DNA of 64,000 bases from Eledone cirrhosa. Its lineage: Eukaryota. Within the stretch, counting starts at the first letter, position 1; each line of letters begins with the position of its first letter. The notes under the pieces were generated by a model that saw nothing but the letters and a program-made list of their open reading frames with translations, did not search any database and was not told the origin of the DNA. This document shows positions 1 through 12,000 of this stretch, in pieces. The position numbers and the translations under genes are program-made. The DNA lies in contig OZ024754.1 of NCBI GenBank assembly GCA_964016885.1, positions 13,578,001-13,642,000 of the forward strand, read 5' to 3'.

Positions 1-3000
1 GAGATCAACAGACAGAATGAGGCAATGCCCACCTCAGGCCCACGAGATCAACAGACAGAATGAGGCAATGCACAGCTCAAGCCCACGAGATCAATAGACA
101 GAATGAGGCAATGCCCACCTCAAGCCCACGAGATCAACAGACAGAATGAGGCAATGCACAGTTCAGGCCCACGAGTTCAACAGACAGAATGAGGCAATGC
201 ACAGCTCAGGCCCACGAGATCAACAGACAGAATGAGGCAATGACCAGCTCAGGCCCACGAGATCAACAGACAGAATGAAGCAATGCACAGCTCAGGCCCA
301 CGAGTTCAACAGACAGAATGAGGCAATGCACAGCTCAGGCCCACGAGATCAACAGACAGAATGAACCAATGCCCACCTCAAGCCCACGAGATCAAAAGAC
401 AGAATGAACCAATGCCCACCTCAAGCCCACGAGATCAACCGACAGAATGAACCAATGCCCACCTCAAGCCCACGAGATCAACAGACAGAATGAACCAATG
501 CCCAGCTCAAGCCCACGAGATCAACAGACAGAATGAGGCAAGGCCCAGCTCAGGCCCACGAGATCAACAGACAGCATGAACCAATGCCCACCTCAAGCCC
601 ACGAGATAAACAGACAGAATGAGGCAATGCACAGCTCAGGCCCACGAGATCAACAGACAGAATGAGGCAATGCACAGCTCAAGCCCACGAGATCAACAGA
701 CAGAATGAGGCAATGCCCACCTCAAGCCCACCAGATCAACAGACAGAATGAGGCAATGCCCACCTCAAGCCCACGAGATAAACAGACAGAATGAACCAAT
801 GCCCACCTCAAGCCCACGAGATAAACAGACAGAATGAAGCAATGCCCAGCTCAGGCCCACGAGATCAACAGACAGAATGAGGCAATGCACAGCTCAGTCC
901 CACGAGATCAACAGACAGAATGAGGCAATGCCCACCTCAAGCCCACGAGATCAACAGACAGAATGAGGCAATGCCCACCTCAAGCCCACGAGATAAACAG
1001 ACAAAATGAACCAATGCCCACCTTAAGCCCACGAGATAAACAGACAGAATGAGGCAATGTCCAGCTCAGGCCCACGAGATCAACAGACAGAATGAGGCAA
1101 TGCCCACCTCAAGCCCACAAGTTCAACAGACAGAATGAGGCAATGCCCACCTCAGGCCCACGAGATCAACAGACAGAATGAGGCAATGCCCACCTCAGGC
1201 CCACGAGGTCAACAGACAGAATGAGGCAAGGCCCAGCTCAGACCCACGAGATCAACAGACAGCATGAACCAATGCCCAGCTCAAGCCCACGAGATCAACA
1301 GACAGAATGAGGCAAGGCCCAGCTCAGGCCCACGAGATCAACAGACAGCATGAACCAATGCCCACCTCAAGCCCACGAGATCAACAGACAGAATGAGGCA
1401 ATGCACAGCTCAGGCCCACGAGATCAACAGACAGAATGAGGCAATGCCCACCTCAAGCCCACAAGTTCAACAGACAGAATGAGACAATGCCCACCTCAGG
1501 CCCACGAGATCAACAGACAGAATGAGGCAATGCCCACCTCAGGCCCACGAGGTCAACAGACAGAATGAGGCAAGGCCCAGCTCAGGCCCACGAGATCAAC
1601 AGACAGCATGAACCAATGCCCAGCTCAAGCCCACGAGATCAACAGACAGAATGAGGCAAGGCCCAGCTCAGGCCCACGAGATCAACAGACAGCATGAACC
1701 AATGCCCACCTCAAGCCCACGAGATCAACAGACAGAATGAGGCAATGCACAGATCAGGCCCACAAGATCAACAGACAGAATGAGGCAATGCACAGCTCAA
1801 GCCCACGAGATCAACAGACAGAATGAGGCAATGCCCACCTCAAGCCCACGAGATCAACAGACAGAATGAGGCAATGCCCACCTCAAGCCCACGAGATCAA
1901 CAGACAGAATGAACCAATGCTCACCTCAAGCCCACGAGATAAACAGACAGAATGAAGCAATGCCCAGCTCAGGCCCACGAGATCAACAGACAGAATGAGG
2001 CAATGCACAGCTCTAGCCCACGAGTTCAACAGACAGAATGAGGCAATTCCCACCTCAGGCCCACGAGATCAACAGACAGAATGAGGCAATGCCTACCTCA
2101 GGCCCACGATATCAACAGACAGAATGAGGCAATGCCCACCTCAAGCCCACGAGATCAACAGACAGAATGAGGCAATGCCCACCTCAGGCCCACAAGATCA
2201 ACAGACAGAATGAGGCAATGCACAGCTCAAGCCCACGAGATCAACAGACAGAATGAGGCAATGCACAGTTCAGGCCCACAAGATCAACAGACAGAATGAG
2301 GCAATGCACAGCTCAAGCCCACGAGTTCAACAGACAGAATGAGGCAATGCACAGCTCAGGCCCACGAGATCAACAGACAGAATGAACCAATGCCCATCTC
2401 AAGCCCACGAGATCAAAAGACAGAATGAACCAATGCCCACCTCAAGCCCACGAGATCAACCGACAGAATGAACCAATGCACACATCAAGCCCACGAGATA
2501 AACAGACAGAATGAACCAATGCCCAGCTCAAGCCCACGAGATCAACAGACAGAATGAGGCAAGGCCCAGCTCAGGCCTACGAGATCAACAGACAGCATGA
2601 ACCAATGCCCACCTCAAGCCCACGAGACAAACAGACAAAATGAGGCAATGCACAGCTCAGGCCCACGAGATCAACAGACAGAATGAGGCAATGCACAGCT
2701 CAAGCCCACGAGATCAACAGACAGAATGAGGCAATACCCACCTCAAGCCCACGAGATCAACAGACAGAATGAGGCAATGCCCACCTCAAGCCCACGAGAT
2801 CAACAGACAGAATGAACCAATGCCCACCTCAAGCCCACGAGATAAACAGACAGAATGAAGCAATGCCCAGCTCAGGCCCACGAGATCAACAGACAGAATG
2901 AGACAATGCACAGCTCAGTCCCACGAGATCAACAGACAGAATGAGGCAATGCCCACCTCAAGCCCACGAGATCAACAGACAGAATGAGGCAATGCTCACC

Positions 3001-4080
3001 TCAAGCCCACAAGATAAACAGACAAAATGAACCAATGCCCACCTTAAGCCCACGAGATAAACAGACAGAATGAGGCAATGTCCAGCTCAGGCCCACGAGA
3101 TCAACAGACAGAATGAGGCAATGCCCACCTCAAGCCCACGAGTTCAACAGACAGAATGAGGCAATGCCCACCTCAAGCCCACGAGATCAACAGACAGAAT
3201 GAGGCAATGCCCACCTCAAGCCCACAAGATAAACAGACAAAATGAACCAATGCCCACCTTAAGCCCACGAGATAAACAGACAGAATGAGGCAATGTCCAG
3301 CTCAGGCCCACGAGATCAACAGACAGAATGAGGCAATGCCCACCTCAAGCCCACGAGTTCAACAGACAGAATGAGGCAATGCCCACCTCAGGCCCACGAG
3401 ATCAACAGACAGAATGAGGCAATGCCCACCTCAGGCCCACGAGATCAACAGACAGAATGAGGCAATGCACAGCTCAAGCCCACGAGTTCAACAGACAGAA
3501 TGAGGCAAGGCACAGCTCAAGCCCACGATATCAACAGACAGAATGAGGCAATGCCCACCTCAAGCCCACGAGATCAACAGACAGAATGAGGCAATGCACA
3601 GCTCAGGCCCACGAGATCAACAGACAGAATGTGGCAATGCACAGCTCAGGCCCACGAGATCAACAGACAGAATGAGGCAATGCCCACCTCAAGCCCACGA
3701 GATAAACAGACAGAATGAGGCAATGCCCAGCTCAGGCCCACGAGATAAACAGACAGAATGAGGCAATGCCCACCTCAAGCCCACGAGATCAACAGACAGA
3801 ATGAGGCAATGACAGCTGAGGCCCACGAGATCAACAGACAGAATGAGGCAATGCCCACCTCAAGCCCACGAGATCAACAGACAGAATGAGGCAATGCCCA
3901 CCTCAAGCCCACGAGATCAACAGACAGAATGAGGCAATGCCCACCTCAAGCCCACGAGATCAACAGACAGAATGAGGCAATGCCCACCTCAAGCCCACGA
4001 GATCAACAGACAGAATGAAGCAATGCCCACCTCAAGCCCACGAGATCAACAGACAGAATGAAGCAATGCACAGCTCAGGG
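1..4080. repeat. 43-bp tandem satellite (~95 units), runs off the window start
   Basis: Unit GAGATCAACAGACAGAATGAGGCAATGCCCACCTCAGGCCCAC recurs every 43 bp (1, 44, ...) with point variants. Confidence 0.97.
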
Positions 4081-4275
4081 CCATGATACACAGCACTTTC
4101 AGACACACTTAACGAAGAGAATTCTTAATTTTACGTAATCTTCGGGCGCGCCTCTCTTGTCATTTACATTTTGATTTGTAATGCACCATAAACGAACCGT
4201 TTAAGAGTTTGTATAATTGTATTTGCATAATATGAATATACAAGTGGCTGTGTATATATATATAGAGAGATAGAT

Positions 4276-4302
4276 ATGTATGTATGTATATAGGTATGTA
4301 TG

Positions 4303-4336
<34 letters not shown>

Positions 4337-4710
4337 TGTATGTATGTATGTATGTATGTATGTGTGTATGTATGTAAATATGTATGTATGTATGTGTGTA
4401 TGTATGTGTATATGTGTGTATGTATGTATGTAGATAAGTATGTATATATGTATCTATGTTTATGAGTATATGCATAGCTATGTTTGTTTGTAATAATCTA
4501 TAATGTGTGAGTGTGTGTATGTACGTATGTATAATGTGGTAATGTGTGTATGTATCTATGTATATGTGTATATGCTTAGCTATATGTTTGTATGTATGTA
4601 TGTATGTATAATGTGGGAATGTGTGTATGTATTTATGTGTATGTGTATATGATTATATATATGTTTGTATGTATCTATAATGTGTGAATATGTGTATATA
4701 TGTGTGCGTG
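4276..4710. repeat. (TATG)n microsatellite grading into TG/TA-rich degenerate repeat
   Basis: Direct reading. Confidence 0.9.
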
Positions 4711-5155
4711 AGTTAATTGTATCTGAGGTGTAGCTGTGCGTGTATGGTGTGAGAGAGGGGTGCGAGGTGGTGGGGGAGAGGGGGAGGGCTGGCGGGGGTG
4801 AGGAAAGGTAGTATTAAATATTTGCATTTCTAGCCTAAGTCATACTGCTATATGGTAATGAATATAGAAGTGACCAACCTCTCCGAATAAATATCCACAT
4901 CTGACTTTACAGTATTTCAGGCGTCTCTCCTACGTCCGATGTGACATAAATCTTGAGATAAAATGGATGGCGGTGTGATTGTTGAGCGGGGGGAAGGGAG
5001 ATTTTGTAAGTCTTCAACTTTCGATCAATACGGTGATATAGTTAGTTCTGCCCTTTGGGAACTGGTCTACAATATCAACTGTAATAGAGGAATCATTTAA
5101 ACATCTATTGATGTATGCTGGTTATGTGGTTTAGTCTGTAATGTAGTTGGTGGTT

Positions 5156-5180
5156 AGAGAGAGTGTGAGAGAGAGAGAGA

Positions 5181-5213
<33 letters not shown>

Positions 5214-5243
5214 TGTGAGAGAGAGAGATAGAGATAGATAGAT

Positions 5244-5294
<51 letters not shown>

Positions 5295-5378
5295 GACAGA
5301 TATATATATATAGTTAGATAGATAGATAGAGAGATAGAGAGATAGATAGAGAGAGAGATAGAGATAGATAGATAGATA
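5156..5378. repeat. (GA)n/(GATA)n microsatellite abutting the 3' end of the Tx1-like element
   Basis: Direct reading. Confidence 0.95.
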
Positions 5379-8225
5379 TGTTTCTTTATTAGCCACAGGG
5401 GCACAAAAGAAGGGGACAAATACAAAGGGGGAAGTTTACATACAATAAAAACGTGTAAAATGCTATCACAAATGTAATTTAAAAATTAATCGATTTTCCC
5501 CAATAGGGGGAGACATTTCATATGGGTAACACATACCCCCGAAAAAATGTGCAACCCTCATCTCCAGGAGTACGAAGAGTTTGTACCCCTTTCCTCTCTT
5601 TCTCTTTTTCCTCAACCTACAGGCTGATATAGAGAGAAGGCCCATTCACTGGGGCCATTCTCGCCACTTTCACCCACTTTTCATAAAACTTGCTGGGGTA
5701 CAGCACCTCTCTCTCCATCCTGATTCTTCTTCCAAAGTGGTATTTGAAAAAAAGAATCAGTTGTTGATCGGAGAGAAAGTTGTCTGACCTCAGCCCTTTT
5801 AACCTCGTCCACCATACAACCTCTTTCGCCATAGCTATCACACAAAGGAAAACCGCCTCTCCTTCGTTGTTGAAGGCGGTTTGATCATGACAATGGACTC
5901 GGTGGTCAACCGGATTGGTCCCACCCGCGACAATAGTCGTTCTACATAGCCCCACAGGTCGGTAACGCCCGGGCAGTGTATGAATGCGTGCGCGACGGTT
6001 TCTTCGTCTCGCACGCATCTCCACTGATCGCCGGGTACGCCTGTCAGAGTACTGTGAGCGCCTGAGCACATTCGATGTGCAGTCGCCCATTTTCCTCGGT
6101 CTTTGCTTGACCCAGGATTGCAGCTCGGTCAGCGAGACGAGTCGTGGGAAGGCTCGCCTCACGAACGGAGCCCACACCGGTTGTCCGGTGAGGAATACGT
6201 AGAGATGCCGCAGCCTGAGTGCGCGTTTGCGCATCGTCAGCCACGGCATCCCCAGCCCACCGTTGGAAGGGTGTTGGCAGCAGATGGATCTTCTCACCAA
6301 AGGAGCCCGCTTCTTCCAAAGGAATCGGAAGAGCGTGTGCTCCATTTTGGTGAACGTTTTGGCTGGACAAGGCACGACGGTCAAGCGGTAGTAGATGACG
6401 GACGCTATAAAAGTGTTCGCCACCTCCGCTCGACCTTTCAAGGATAGTTTCCACTCGGCCCACTTCTGGGTGGGTGGGTGCAAACACCTTGGCCGTCACC
6501 TCGTTCCAGTTTTTCTCCACCTGGAGGTCTGAACCAAACCAGACCCCGAGAAGCTTTACTGGTCCTTCCGTCCAGCGTCCGACGACGCCATCGGAAGGCA
6601 TCGGTTTGCCTCTCTGCGATCCGAGTTGCAAACCAACGGACTTGTCCCGGTTCAGCTTCGCTCCTGTGAACCTTTCGTATTCCTTCAGTCGTATTCCTTC
6701 AGTCCCGGTTCTGCAGTCCCGGTTCTAGAGGGATGCCCTGCAATAGCTCCAACTTCCGCAGTAGTGGCTCGAGAGTCAGTACGTACAGGAGGAAGGAGAG
6801 AGGGCATCCCTGTCGGATGGATCGCATGATATGGAACGGCTCCGAGAGGTAGCCGTTCACCTTGACCCTTGAGCAGATGTTGCTGTTGTGCATTGCAGCA
6901 ATCCAGCCCCTGAACACGGGTGCGAAGCCTGCCGCCTCGAGCACCGCATCCAGGTAACGATGGTCAACCCTATCGAAAGCCTTAGACTCATCCAAGTTGA
7001 TCAGGGCCCCACCGAAGCCGGGTTTACACCCTACCCTATCTATGATGTATCGCATGAAGGGGAGGTTGTCGTGTATGGACCTGGTCAGGATTGAGCATGT
7101 CTGCGCTTCTCGACGACAAGCGCCAACCTCTTTGCCAACACCTTGGCCAAAATCTGGCCAGAAGTTGCCTATATCATCCCCTTATTCTCGTCCTTCCTGA
7201 CTAGTGTGACTATGCCCTGGTCACAGAACTGGGAATTCTCCCGTTCTGCTGCCAGTTGCAGTAGACCGCTTCCAGGAGACGGGAGAACAAGTCCGGTATT
7301 GCTACGTAAAATACGTAGGGTAGACCGTCGAGACCTGGAGATTTTCGTTTGCTGCATTGACTCAGCGCGTCCCCTATCTGAGCGGCTGAAATCGGCTTTT
7401 CGCAGAACTTCGCCGCCCTGTCCGAGAGTCGCGGTAGGCCGTCGAGGTATAGACCGAAATCCATAGCCGCTCCCGGCGCGCCGCCCTGTTGAACAGCTAA
7501 GTAAAGTGCCGCTGAAAGGCCGCGCACATCTGCTTCGGCTCATGTATCACGCGTCCGTCTTGGTCCTTCAAAGACCGAATCGTGCACTTTTTGCCTCCGT
7601 CACCCGGGACCAGCTAACAGCTTTGGCTCCCTCGTTACCCAGAGCACGTATTTTGCTTCTGACAATGCAGCCCTCGTGCTTTGCGTCGAAGAACTGGTCC
7701 AAGGCCGTTCTCGTTGCTAAGACGCTGGCTACGTTGCCACTTCTAATTGCCTCTTCTACTTTATCTATCAGTTCCTTCTCGGTCCTATTTCTATTTAACT
7801 CCAATTCTTTACTAAAAACTAACGAGTCTAATCTAACTGCTCTCTTGAGAGAATACCACCATCTGTTGTTGACAATGGCCCCTGTCAAGTGCTGTTTAAC
7901 TAAGGTGCTAATCCGTCTACAGTAGGCTTTGCATGTCGGTAACGACAAGTTCAGCTTCCAGTAGCCGGGTCCTTGTCTATGGGCTCTATCAAGGTTGACC
8001 ATGCAGGACACTAGTTTGTGATCTGAATAGGCAACCATGAACATTTGTGGACAGCTTAACATGCCCCTATCTTTATTTGTAATTAGAACCCTATCTAGAT
8101 ACGATCTAGATGTTCCGCTAAGATTAGTCCACGTCCACACTGGCACAGTCAGAAAATCTAGTCGATATCTATCGGCCAGCTCAAATCGGCCGATTAACTG
8201 TTTGAGGCTGCTACACCCCCCTTTA
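5379..8225 (-). mobile_element. 5'-truncated, frameshifted Tx1/L1-clade non-LTR retrotransposon (APE endonuclease + RT)
   Basis: Minus-strand ORF pieces: YLDRVL..SDH..GPGYWKLN (APE C-terminus/linker), KSPGLDGLP, LDESKAFDRVDH, IRQGCPLS (RT), VKLLGVWF, GGLGMP, C-x-RC..ETVAHAFIHC knuckle; AATAAA at 5385-5390 (-). Confidence 0.9.
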
Positions 8226-8393
8226 TATATGTGATATATATTTATCCTTATCGAGCCCGCTTTGGATTTTAGTCTTCAAATTTATTATTATTACTATATA
8301 TATATATAACCAAAGGGATATTTTATCCAGGTAAAACTTGAACTGTTAAGATCTCGTTCCTGGATATGTCAATATTTATAAAACAACCTTTGT

Positions 8394-8452
8394 ATTTTAT
8401 CTGATGAGAGTGTACCAAAATTTTGGTACCCTTGAAATATATATAATAGAAT
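8394..8452 (+). ncRNA. Minimal type I hammerhead ribozyme motif (family A)
   Basis: ATTTTAT-CTGATGA-[GAGTGTACCAAA AT TTTGGTACCCTT]-GAAA-TATATA-TA-ATAGAAT: helix I, intact core, helix II, minimal helix III with palindromic loop. Confidence 0.7.
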
Positions 8453-8515
8453 GAATATGGTTTTATAGATATAGTTTCCATTTATTAATATCATTGATAT
8501 ATATTGGATTGGCAT

Positions 8516-8706
8516 GGGTGGTGGATTGGCAATATCGGTAGAGTCAGACGCCATGCTTTGCAGCATAGTTACGACCCTTTACGTTCTCAGTTCAAATCCC
8601 GCCGAGGTTAACTTTGCCTTTCATCCTTACCGGGTCGATAAAATAAAGTACCAGTAATACACTGGGGTAATTGCTGGCCTTGTGCCAAAAGTAGAAACAA
8701 TTAATA
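8516..8706 (+). mobile_element. tRNA-derived SINE, family 1
   Basis: A-box-like TGGCAATATCGGTAG, B-box-like AGTTCAAATC, body GCCTTTCATCCTTAC-GGGTCGATAAAATAAAGTACCAG, tail AGTAGAAACAATTA; more than 20 related copies in the window. Confidence 0.9.
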
Positions 8707-8949
8707 TCAATGATATATATATATTTAATTACAACAGTGACATAAACAGGTACTCAAGTTTCGTTGGGTTCTGAGTCCCAATTCATTCAGCCTGTCATGA
8801 GAAAAAGAAAAATAAAGATGGCCGCCTATGGTTGGTTGATTGTGCTTTCCCTATGGGATATAACAAAAGAGTATACGCTGCGGCAGGTAATTTAGAAAAG
8901 CGTACAGAAAAGGGGGTTGCTTTAAATAATAGTGTAAGATACATGGGAG

Positions 8950-9435
8950 ATCGGTGTGGAAGTCGGACCTCGTAAAGACCTGAAAATCCGCCTCTTCATT
9001 GCTGTAGTGGAGTATGTGCTGCTGTACGGGTCTGAGACTTGGACACTGACCAAGAAACTCACTCAGATGGTGGATGGGTGCTACATGAGAATGCTGAGGA
9101 TGGCTCTGAACATTAATCAGTATACACTGAGGATGAAAAACTCAGAGCTGTATGGGAGCCTCCCAAAAGTCAGCTCAAAAGTGACACAGAGAAGATTGAG
9201 GTTAGCTGGACATGCTCACCGACATCCAGAGTTGACATAGCACTCAGTGCTCCTGTGGGAGCCCCTACATGGACACACTGGAATAGGTAGACCGAGGTTA
9301 ACATATGTTGATGCCCTAAGGACAGACTCTGGTCTGTTGGAGACGCAGGACATGGCAGCGATAATGAGGGACAGAGACCGCTGGAGAGAACTCGTCCATG
9401 GATCTCAGGAATTGTACCCGCCCTATGGAAGGTAA
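8950..9435 (+). mobile_element. RTE-like LINE 3' fragment
   Basis: VLLYGSETWTL..MLRMALNI..QRRLRLAGH..LLWEP..GRPRLTYVD; in-frame stop at 9238-9240; near-identical second copy at 55181-55606. Confidence 0.85.
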
Positions 9436-9594
9436 CTCTTGAGAGACCACAGTCAGTTTAGAATGAAAATAGAAGCACAATAATTTCTTCTAGTTGACTC
9501 CAAAGATCCATTTTCACTAAATTATAATATAGTCAGTAAATCGAAAGATACTTCTGGACCTGTTAGTCAGGCTAAAACATTTATCCAAAATATA

Positions 9595-9840
9595 TTTCTT
9601 CACATGGGGACAACCGCTAAAGCAATCGAGCCGTGTGTTGAGGCAGTGCTTATCGGAAGCAAGATGTGAGAGTATCCACCATTTTTCGGAATTACAAAGC
9701 CGACAAAATTTCGATCCATTTACGTAGGCGGTAGATCTTTCCTAAATACGCCATTTGATGGGAAAAGGTGTGCCATTGTTCTTAAGGCCCCATACGTGGT
9801 CTGCGAGCTGGATAGTATGTTGTTTCATGATTCCGGAATA
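9595..9840. repeat. Unclassified dispersed repeat next to (TA)n; its first ~115 bp recur as a direct repeat at 11004-11118
   Basis: TTTCTTCACATGGGGACAACCGC..CAAAGCCGACAAAATT present twice. Confidence 0.7.
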
Positions 9841-9850
9841 TATATATATA

Positions 9851-10133
9851 TATATTAAGACAGGGGGGAAGAAAAAATGGCTTCACTTGTGCTTTCAACA
9901 AATTTATTTTCTTCACAAAATCCAAAAAGAATTTTTCCTAAAAAAATTTTTATTTTATAAATTAAGTTATAAAATAATTTAAGTTATAAAATAATTTATA
10001 AAATAAAAGTTTTTTAGGAAAAATTCTTTTTGGATTTTGTGAAGAAAATAAATTTGTTGAAAGCACAAGTGAAGCCATTTTTTCTTCCCCCCTGTCTTAA
10101 TATACCTAACTGTACCAAGGATTACACACATTT

Positions 10134-10138
<5 letters not shown>
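9851..10138. mobile_element. Fold-back element (~110-bp arms plus 34-bp one-sided extension) between (TA)n tracts; PLE-like
   Basis: TATATTAAGACAGGGGGGAAG.. mirrored by ..CTTCCCCCCTGTCTTAATATA; same termini at 44937-45565. Confidence 0.75.
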
Positions 10139-10182
<44 letters not shown>

Positions 10183-10185
<3 letters not shown>

Positions 10186-10458
10186 CATTATGAAGAGAGA
10201 AGAAACATTAGATATAATTTGTAATAAGATATATCATACCTAAACTGCTTCTATAGTCCCCGACTACGTAGTTTCGTGGAATATTATGCAAAAACACTAC
10301 ATCATAGAGATATAGAGTTTTTGTGAGGTCTGCCGACTTATCAAGAGGATACCTCATTAAGGGTTTCAAAACACGTCTGTGATGCGCGAGATAGAATCTC
10401 GAAAAGGCGGAGGGGGAGTCAATCACGTGATACAGCGGTCAAGAAACAGAGCTAAGTT
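10183..10458 (-). mobile_element. (TA)n-associated dispersed element; opposite-orientation copy at 60435-60710
   Basis: Shared sequence incl. GAAACTACGTAGTC (hammerhead-like 3' half; core degenerate). Confidence 0.65.
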
Positions 10459-10594
10459 TAGGTCACAACACCAAGTAGACACTTCGCCATCGCTTACTCA
10501 TACTACTACTTTCAAAACTGCTACTATTTACACGGCAACTAACAACTACTAACAGCATCGTACCATTAACTACACTATATACATATATATATAT

Positions 10595-10972
10595 TTTAAA
10601 AAATAGAAGTGTAACACACGAGTTGTGATATATTAGTAAAAGAAAAAGAAAATGCTGACAAATTTTTCTCAGTGAAAAATAGTTTAATTAGGAATAAGTA
10701 TAAATTAGTAATAAGTATTGGTTAGTATTCAGTTTTAGTTTTAAGTTTTTACCGGTTGCGCATTTCTAATGCTTTTCAAAAATAATTTTGAGATAGAGCG
10801 CCCGTGATGTTTGCTCAAAATTATTTTTGAAAAGCATTAGAAATGCGCAACCGGTAAAAACTTAAAACTAAAACTGAATACTAACCAATACTTATTACTA
10901 ATTTATACTTATTCCTAATTAAACTATTTTTCACTGGGAAAAATTTGTCAGCATTTTCTTTTTCTTTTACTA

Positions 10973-10975
<3 letters not shown>
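10595..10975. mobile_element. Fold-back element (~160-bp arms, ~21-bp loop, 34-bp one-sided extension) between (TA)n tracts
   Basis: 10630-10791 is the reverse complement of 10813-10975; arm holds degenerate TTGAAAA-GCAT TAGAA ATGC-GCAA-CCGG-TA hammerhead-like remnant. Confidence 0.85.
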
Positions 10976-11004
<29 letters not shown>

Positions 11005-11113
11005 TTCTTCACATGGGGACAACCGCCAAAGCAATCGAGCCGTGTGTTGAGGCAGTGCTTATCCGAAGCAAATTGTGAGAGTATCCACCATTTTTCGGAA
11101 TTACAAAGCCGAC

Positions 11114-11145
<32 letters not shown>

Positions 11146-11164
11146 GGGTATATATATGGGTAAA

Positions 11165-11332
11165 GGGTAAGGGTATAGACCCCCTTCAGTCACGAATGAC
11201 CATGGGATTTCCACCTAGGAATTTCCCCACCTCGGGGTCACAGGCCTGGGCAAGCTTGTTTGTGGAAGACCAGTATTCCAGTCTCCCTGCTCCACACCAC
11301 CAATGATGTCCAAGGGAAATGCAATGGCCGAT
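11165..11332 (-). mobile_element. Probable SINE/LINE 3'-region fragment
   Basis: GC-richer block between TA tracts resembling a retroposon tail; family not established. Confidence 0.35.
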
Positions 11333-11349
11333 ATATATATACATATATA

Positions 11350-11522
11350 TATCAACATCATGGACCTGACTGAACCTCTGGACCCTATTTCTCCCCACTT
11401 TACCCTGAAGGATCACAAATCCAATTTCCCGAACAATATTCGGCTTATTAACCCTACGAAGTCTGATTTAGGTAGACTTAGTAAAAGGATTTTAGATAGA
11501 ATTATACCTGTAATTAGAAGCT
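11350..11522 (+). pseudogene. Penelope-like (Naiad-type) reverse transcriptase fragment
   Basis: FTLKDHKSNFPNNIRLINPTKSDLGRLSKRILDRI matches the TLKDHK..RLINP.KS..G..SK.ILD motif of this PLE RT group. Confidence 0.75.
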
Positions 11523-11624
11523 TGGCCCCTCTTGCATACAGCTCACTGTTCACCTGCCAAACTGTCAGAGCTAGTGAAAATATATGGGTTTCTTTTAAAT
11601 ACACAGTGGCAGGTGAACAGTGAG

Positions 11625-11668
11625 CTCTACTGATGATGAGTGATGCCCAGAAACATTAGTGTCTGCAG
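11625..11668 (+). ncRNA. Minimal hammerhead ribozyme motif (slightly decayed)
   Basis: CTCTA-CTGATGA-TGAGTGATGCCCA-GAAA-CATTAGTG-TC-TGCAG; inverted copy at 11537 preserves helix I strand CTGTA, which pairs with TGCAG. Confidence 0.55.
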
Positions 11669-11835
11669 TTCTGTTCGCATGCCAACATAAGAGCAAGAAT
11701 GATGTGTTTATTCTACTGACATGGCTATAAAATTGAGGCTTGTTTGCATAAGTACAAACGAATCGAATCTTATTATTAATATTCGAAAAACTCAGATTAC
11801 ATTTATTGTATTCAGCCATGTAGAGCGAAATTTTC

Positions 11836-11840
<5 letters not shown>

Positions 11841-11902
<62 letters not shown>

Positions 11903-11909
11903 CGCGCAC

Positions 11910-12000
<91 letters not shown>
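11841..12000. repeat. (CA)n then (TA)n microsatellite
   Basis: Direct reading. Confidence 0.95.

Noticed and set aside
1-4080. CRISPR-like array or repeat-protein gene
   Set aside because: Contiguous 43-bp units without unique spacers, no cas genes, eukaryotic context; frequent stops
8516-8610. tRNA genes at A/B-box motifs
   Set aside because: No full cloverleaf; these are SINE heads repeated many times
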